From: Flavobacteriales bacterium
GTDB taxonomy: Bacteria > Bacteroidota > Bacteroidia > Flavobacteriales_D > Sanyastnellaceae
Assembly: GCA_034408895.1 (NCBI GenBank)
Contig: JAWXCI010000001.1
Span: forward strand, 16,638 to 80,637
DNA: 64,000 nt
Direction: 5' to 3'
How positions within the stretch are numbered: position 1 is the first letter of the stretch; each line of letters opens with the position of its first letter. A model generated the notes under the pieces. It was not told the origin of the DNA. It saw only the letters and a program-made list of their open reading frames with translations, and made no database searches. Shown here piece by piece: positions 63,984-64,000 of the stretch. Both the position numbers and the translations under genes were made by a program.

Positions 63984-64000
63984 ATGACGATTGAAACGAT

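Overview
This 64-kb window looks like chromosomal DNA from a Bacteroidota genome. Supporting evidence is a SusC/SusD pair, gldD, four proteins ending in T9SS C-terminal sorting domains, SprB-type repeats and frequent TTG/GTG starts. About 58 protein genes are tightly packed and mostly housekeeping: secDF, icd, ndk, rocD, ftsY, serC-serA-DUF1015-yggS, menF, rsmG, an ECF-type sigma factor, icmF, miaA, a fused E1 dehydrogenase, aroQ and coaX. I found no rRNA, tRNA, CRISPR array, transposase, integrase or prophage. I also found no clear multi-gene defence island, so most of the window is ordinary. Accessory content consists of four type II toxin-antitoxin pairs (Xre-RES, ParE-type, HigBA, VapBC) and several decayed genes. 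The most interesting signals are listed here. (1) A 165-bp direct repeat, 158/165 identical, brackets the ParE-type TA cassette just downstream of icmF. It duplicates the icmF 3' end plus the first 10 antitoxin codons. A second antitoxin-5'-end scar lies upstream of higB, which suggests TA-cassette insertion or exchange by recombination. (2) A roughly 215-nt nested imperfect hairpin with a large central bubble sits in a convergent intergenic region and is a 6S-RNA-like candidate. (3) A family of CCGATA-NN-TATCGG palindromes lies upstream of genes for outer-membrane or secreted proteins. (4) An unknown gene broken at an A6 tract lies directly upstream of vapBC. All calls come from reading and hand-translating the sequence; no database search was run.
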